Assembly (NCBI GenBank): GCA_963693365.1
Contig: CAVNZM010000003.1
Location: 2,460,408-2,524,407 of the forward strand
Reading direction: 5' to 3'
Source of the DNA: Amoebidium appalachense
Taxonomy: Eukaryota; Protista; Ichthyosporea
Length of the DNA stretch: 64,000 nt
Position 1 is the stretch's first letter. Each line of letters opens with the position of its first letter. Position numbers and translations under genes: made by a program. Below are positions 51,925 to 64,000 of the stretch, one piece after another. The notes below the pieces were generated by a model, which did not search any database, was not told the DNA's origin, and saw only the letters and a program-made list of their open reading frames with translations.

Positions 51925-52080
51925 CGTGTCACCCCGGTCCTGAGTCACCCGTGTCACCCTTGGCCCGGGAGCATTCTTATTGGTTGCTCATGTCAACAAT
52001 AAAACCATTCTGATTGGCTAATCTATATTTCATAAGATATTGGGCCATTCGATTGGATCATGCTGAGCCCTATATACACA
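51925..52080 (+). promoter_or_regulatory. Putative thiolase promoter: 3x GTCACCC, 4x ATTGG (reverse CCAAT), TATA-like
   Basis: GTCACCC at 51928, 51944 and 51953; ATTGG at 51979, 52013, 52039 and 52052; TATATA at 52071; ATG at 52248. Confidence 0.5.
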
Positions 52081-52247
52081 CTGAACACTGGCCTTTGAGC
52101 TTTTCAAAGACTGAAATTCACTGAAACAAAAACATACACCCTCCTTTGATCAAAGCACCTTCATGGAAGAGAAAAGCAATATTGCTCTCTTCTTCTCCCC
52201 TCTTCTATTAATCGTGTGTAGTTTTATAGTCAGGAAGAGAAGCGAAA

Positions 52248-58902
<6,655 letters not shown>

Positions 58903-59151
58903 TATGGGTATATATCGCTTTGCACTTAAGTCTATTTGGCGTTTGTATGAGTGGGGAAATCGAGGGAGGCATGGGTATTTGTGTGCCCGAGAAATTATGC
59001 TCAAACTGGGCCTCCCCCCCCCCCCCCCCCCCTTCCCCCTCCGCTGCTCCCAGGCCTTCCTCCTCCTCCCCCCTTGTCACCCCTCCTCACCTTTTCCTCA
59101 TTATATGAATGCAGCAAACTTATGATATTGATACACACACACACACACACG

Positions 59152-59223
<72 letters not shown>

Positions 59224-59256
59224 GTGTGCGTGTGTGTGTGAGGGGTAGAGGGAGAG

Positions 59257-59307
<51 letters not shown>

Positions 59308-59736
59308 AATCCACGCATATCATGTGTATGATCATGGCGTATACACATGTGTATGCCCTACACTGTACTCGACTTAGCAGATGTGCAGTAACGTCATAGT
59401 ATCGATTCCGGAATAGACTGTAGATTTGGGAATCGGATTGGCCAAGGGGTTTAGACACGTTTAAAAAATAGGAGAGAAGAGGTTAGGGGGATCGCCCTTT
59501 ATGAGTAGCCAATAGGTTTCAATCTTGCGAGATGTAACAAGTATATAAGCCTGCCCTCGGTGGCCACAATAAACAGTCTTCCAGATCAAGTTTTGTATGA
59601 CAGACAGACAGAGAGAGAGGGAGCGAGAGAGAGAGAGAGAGAGAGAGTGTGTGTGTGTGTGTGTGTGCGTGTGTGTGTGTAAGGGAGAGAGACAGGGAGA
59701 GATGGAGGGAGGGAGGGAGGGAGGGAGGGAGGGAGA

Positions 59737-59792
<56 letters not shown>

Positions 59793-59810
59793 CAGAGCGA
59801 GAGAGGGAGG

Positions 59811-59858
<48 letters not shown>

Positions 59859-60338
59859 CAGAGGCAGAGGGAGAGAGAGAGAGAGGGGGGGGCGGGGCGG
59901 GGGGGGGGGGGGGGGAGGGGGGGAAGAGAGAGAGAGAGAGATAGAGAAAGAGAGAGAGCCGTTGGCATATTTAGGAAATGAGAAAAGTCTAAGGAAAGGG
60001 ATCGAACTACACAGTCGACGGCTTATTTTGCTCTCCAACAGCGTGATTCATAGATTCCGAGTGTGGTCCGGGTTAGTTTATTCATTACAGTTTGAATATT
60101 TTATCTAGATTGGAACCACAGATCAATCGGAACGGTTTCGTTTCTGCCACCGTGTACATAAAACCAATCACAATGTAGCTCAAGAGTATGTGTGTATAAC
60201 CAAGATGACTAAACATTTATTCGCAAAATAATTAATGCACACATTTCTTTGACTTTACTAGCCATGTTTGCCAGCAAAGTGTTTTTCTCACAGACATTAG
60301 TTCTCGCTTTTTTTCTTGCATACATATAGTAGCTGTGT

Positions 60339-60734
60339 CTACCAGATGCGGCACTTCTTGTCCGGGTTGTATCTGCTGCCCTTCTTGCACTGGAAGGCCT
60401 CCGCAAACGCCTCAAAGTTCTGCAGAGCCCCCCAAATCCGGTGGGGTCCCGGCGAGTGCGAATCTGTACGTTTGGTGGGTGAGTGGAAGGAGGAGGAATA
60501 AGTTTCGCAGGGTTGTATTTGTACTTGTGTGAGTTTGGAGACGGACAGGATGTGTGGGTGTTTTCTTTTCTTTTTTTTTTTGGGTGGGGGGCGGAGGGGG
60601 GGGGGGGGGGGGGGGGAGGCTGAGGGCCCGGTGTGTGTGTGTGGGAGGTGGAGGGGGGCCTTTGGGGGGGGGGGGGGGGGGGGGGAGGAGGCTGAGGGCC
60701 CGGTGTGTGTGTGTGGGAGGTGGAGGGGGGGCCT

Positions 60735-60768
<34 letters not shown>

Positions 60769-61452
60769 GGGCTCGGTTAGTGACGGCTTCATAAAAGTTG
60801 CGCAGGTTGTTCTGGTTGTAAACATGCATAATGAATAGTGAGGCCAACAATTCCTCAAAAACATGTCATTGAGTCAGTCATATAACCATGGTCACATGGT
60901 GATGTTAAAAAATGGCAATCAGTACTCCGAGCACTGACAGGCTACGATTGGCTAATCACACTACACCCGAGGTGTATATGTATGGATAGGTGGTTAATGG
61001 TGGTGGCCATGGCACTGTAGTGGTGTTGTATGTGTGTGCATGGGTGCACACGGATGTGTGTTCTGTGCGGGTGCATATGGGTGTGTGTGTGTGCATGTGT
61101 GCACGTGTGCGAGGGTGATGAGGGTTGGGGTCGAGGTTTTAGGTGGGGGAAAGGTAGAGAGGGAGTGAGTTGGAGGACGAGGGCTTTTACCGGTTGCTTG
61201 CAAGGTGGCAGCGCGGATTGGGCTGTTGATCTCACAGAAGGTGCGGCCAAACCCGATGAAGAAAAGCTTGTCGTGATCCCAGTTGACGTTGGGCAGTTTC
61301 TCCTGCAGGTTTAAAATTTTTAAGGAAAGCATTTCATTCGACAGGCAAGTTTTACACTTTAAAAATCGCACTATTCCCCCCACGTTCGCTTTTACACACC
61401 CATGTGTGTATATGGATGTGCCACAGTATGTGTGAATGTGTGTGCCATATGT

Positions 61453-61502
<50 letters not shown>

Positions 61503-63763
61503 TGTGTGTGTTGTGTGTGTGTGTGTGTGTGTGTGTGTGGGCGTGTGGGCGTGTGGGCCCTTCTGTGCATGTGTATAGGAGACGGTGTGTGTCTACATGT
61601 GTGGGTAAGTTTACATGTGCACGTGTGTGCGTGCATGTGCATTCGGCGTGCGTGCATGTGATGAGCCCGTGCATATGTGTGCGCGCTTGTGTGCGCATGC
61701 GCGCACGTGTGTGTTTTTGGGTGCATGTGCATTTGTGCGTGCGCGCGAGTTACTATATCAAAACGAAACCGAAAACAACGTGGCAACAACAACAACACAA
61801 GCCTTAAGGACCGGGGCCACAGATGTGAGACACCCACCTCAGCACCAAACTTGGCATTATACTTCTTGTAAGCGTAGTACGCATGGCGCACACCGCCGTT
61901 ATCGGCAATGTTTTCGGGGAGTGTCAGTGTGCCGTTGTTCTTGGTGCCGGCCTTGGGATGGTCGGGGAAGTCCCACTGCGAATACTGGAAAGGTATGACA
62001 CAACATGCAAGTTAGAAAGTTCCTTATGATTTAAGTGTTTTCACGATGACAGGTAGCACTTGGCCCAAGAAAGAAACTAGCATGCTGGACATCAATTAGT
62101 ATGAGTAGTGAAAATAGTATTACAGGTTAATGAAGGAAAAACTGGATAGACTTAATCGTCAGAGGCTTGGCTGACTTTGCTTATTCAACGAAAGGCAGCA
62201 CCTACTTTAGTGCATGCAGGGCAGACACGGATCATTCCTTCCAATTGGTACTAGTATGTATAATACTGTGAAAACAGAATGCACGCGGAAAAAAAGTATA
62301 AAAGATATGTCTTGTACATTTTTTTATTTATTTATTTTTTTTTTTTTTTTTGGGGGGGGGGGGGGGGGGAGGGAGGGGGAAGGAGCAATATCATCGGATA
62401 ACTAGAAGAAGTTTCGCAGCGTTACTTGAGAGGGGCATGGGCCTATCCCCAGATCTGAAAAAGCCACCAACATGACCACAGCCGTGCCCTTATATGAAGC
62501 TTCTAGAGAGTTCCAGTAATTTCAGTACCTGGTCGATAAAGCACTGGGCCTTGGCCTTGAAACGTGCAGCGTCATTGGCCGTCCACCAGTTACGCCTGTT
62601 GCCGATCTCATCGTAATTCCGACCGCTGCTGTCGAAACCGTGGGTGAACTCGTGGCCAATCACCTGCGTGGAAGGAAATGTGAGCCGTGATTTATTGCTA
62701 AAACTAAAAAACTTCTTCAAGGCATTCATTGAATCAAGTTGTTCTTATCACTGCATTACTCAGTGATCATGAATGACTATGTCTACCGTAGTAGTTAGCA
62801 TATGATGGCAACTCCAAACACTTCCTGTTGAGTTAAGAAGCTGATCAAAAATACTACCAGGGCTTTCTATTGTCAATGTGTTGCTACACTGTTCATGCTA
62901 AACTAGCTCGCAATGCAAGCCTAGCAGCAAGCTGAAGGCAGACAGTCACTGGCAGCTTTGAAATTCCCCTGTCTTTGCCGGAACCTCTAATAGACAGAAT
63001 TGATCAAGCTTAAGGCTTGGAAGTTGTGCACACACTATAGTAAAATAATCTGTAAGTGGAAGGTGTGCACATAGTCGCACTAGTTTGTGTTTGGCGGCCC
63101 TGTGTAATTAGTTATAAAATACAGAGTTTGGGTGGCTTACCATGCCTGTGGCACCATAGTTGAGAGACTGGGGGTTGCGTGTGTCGAAGAAAGGATAGGC
63201 GAGAATACCCTGCAGCATGGCAATGGTGTTGCGGCTGGGTTGGTAGTATGCGTTGACCGTCATGGGGTTACCGCTGTTCCACCTGAAATGATCATTATGC
63301 TATAAGATCTTATGCCCTTATTATCATATAGCTTCATTTAGCCTTTTTTGTGATGTTTCTTTCGATTTTTGCGCTAGATTAGGTGGATGAAGATTGAATG
63401 GTTTTCCAGCGAACCATCTAGTAGGTCGGTCGACATTCGCATGCAGAAGTCCGCTGCCTAACGAATGCTAAACAACGCTATGAACCAACGGCATCATGCT
63501 AAACCCAAGGGGCATGTATGCCGTTGCTCTTCTACACAACTAAGTGCCAAGCCAGTTCGATAAGAAAATTATGAAATTTGAGTATGAGCGGCACTTTCTA
63601 TATTGCCTACGGATTAGAACCGCCAAAAACAATATTAAGCCATTGTAGGAAACACTTACTGGTCACGGCCAACGGGATTGCGTAGTTGATCAACAGAGGT
63701 GGTTTGACGACTGAGGTGTGCTTTTGCTTTGTGGGCAAAGGCAACGTAGTTGCTGGTATCAGC
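60339..63763 (-). CDS. M13 family zinc metallopeptidase (neprilysin/endothelin-converting-enzyme-like), 3' part; gene continues beyond the window end
   Basis: Exons 63660-63763, 63141-63282 (VNAYY, LNYGATGM), 62529-62663 (VIGHEFTHGFD = HExxH), 61838-61984 (ENIADNGG), 61191-61302 (KLFFIGFGRTFC) and 60339-60463 (HSPGPHRIWG...CRIW*). Junctions are GT..AG and in phase. Confidence 0.94.
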
Positions 63764-64000
63764 CTGTACCGAAAGTTACACAGTGGTTACTTAAGTCTTA
63801 TCATAGCAACTTTGTGGAAGTACGGGGTTCCTTGATGCTGTAACAAGAATTTGGGTAGAGAAGTGCTTGTCTCCGTGTGTGAAGCAGTTTTTTTTGGGTA
63901 TGGCATGGCCCATTGGCCGGCATACTGCCACGGTCTAGGTGCCAAGCTCGTATCCGGCCATTTCACATGTGGACATGTGGCACCCACGTGCACGTAAAAA

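Overview
Eukaryotic, intron-rich genomic DNA, probably from a unicellular opisthokont or holozoan (inferred from gene content, not proven). Introns are full of (CA)n, (GT)n, (CT)n and poly-C/poly-G tracts, so most of the supplied ORF track is spurious. I stitched exons by hand at GT..AG junctions and recovered six genes. They are NDUFV2 (minus, 6 exons), NELF-C/D (plus, 18 coding exons, divergent from NDUFV2), two head-to-head paralogous secreted S8 subtilases with a Cys/Trp-rich C-terminal module, an SCPx-type thiolase with a mitochondrial-like presequence and no SCP2 domain, and the 3' part of an M13 neprilysin-like metallopeptidase. The most interesting non-genic signals are: (1) many 3' splice sites where a (CA)n tract replaces the polypyrimidine tract; (2) a structured 453-bp tandem element found only in introns, always sense to the host gene and ending in C-runs; (3) several long hairpins, including a pre-miRNA-like one and an interleaved A-B-A'-B' inverted repeat; (4) MITE, LINE and Merlin-like relics between the two proteases. 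Several spots indicate homopolymer-related sequence corruption, so the lengths of C/G/A/T runs should not be trusted.
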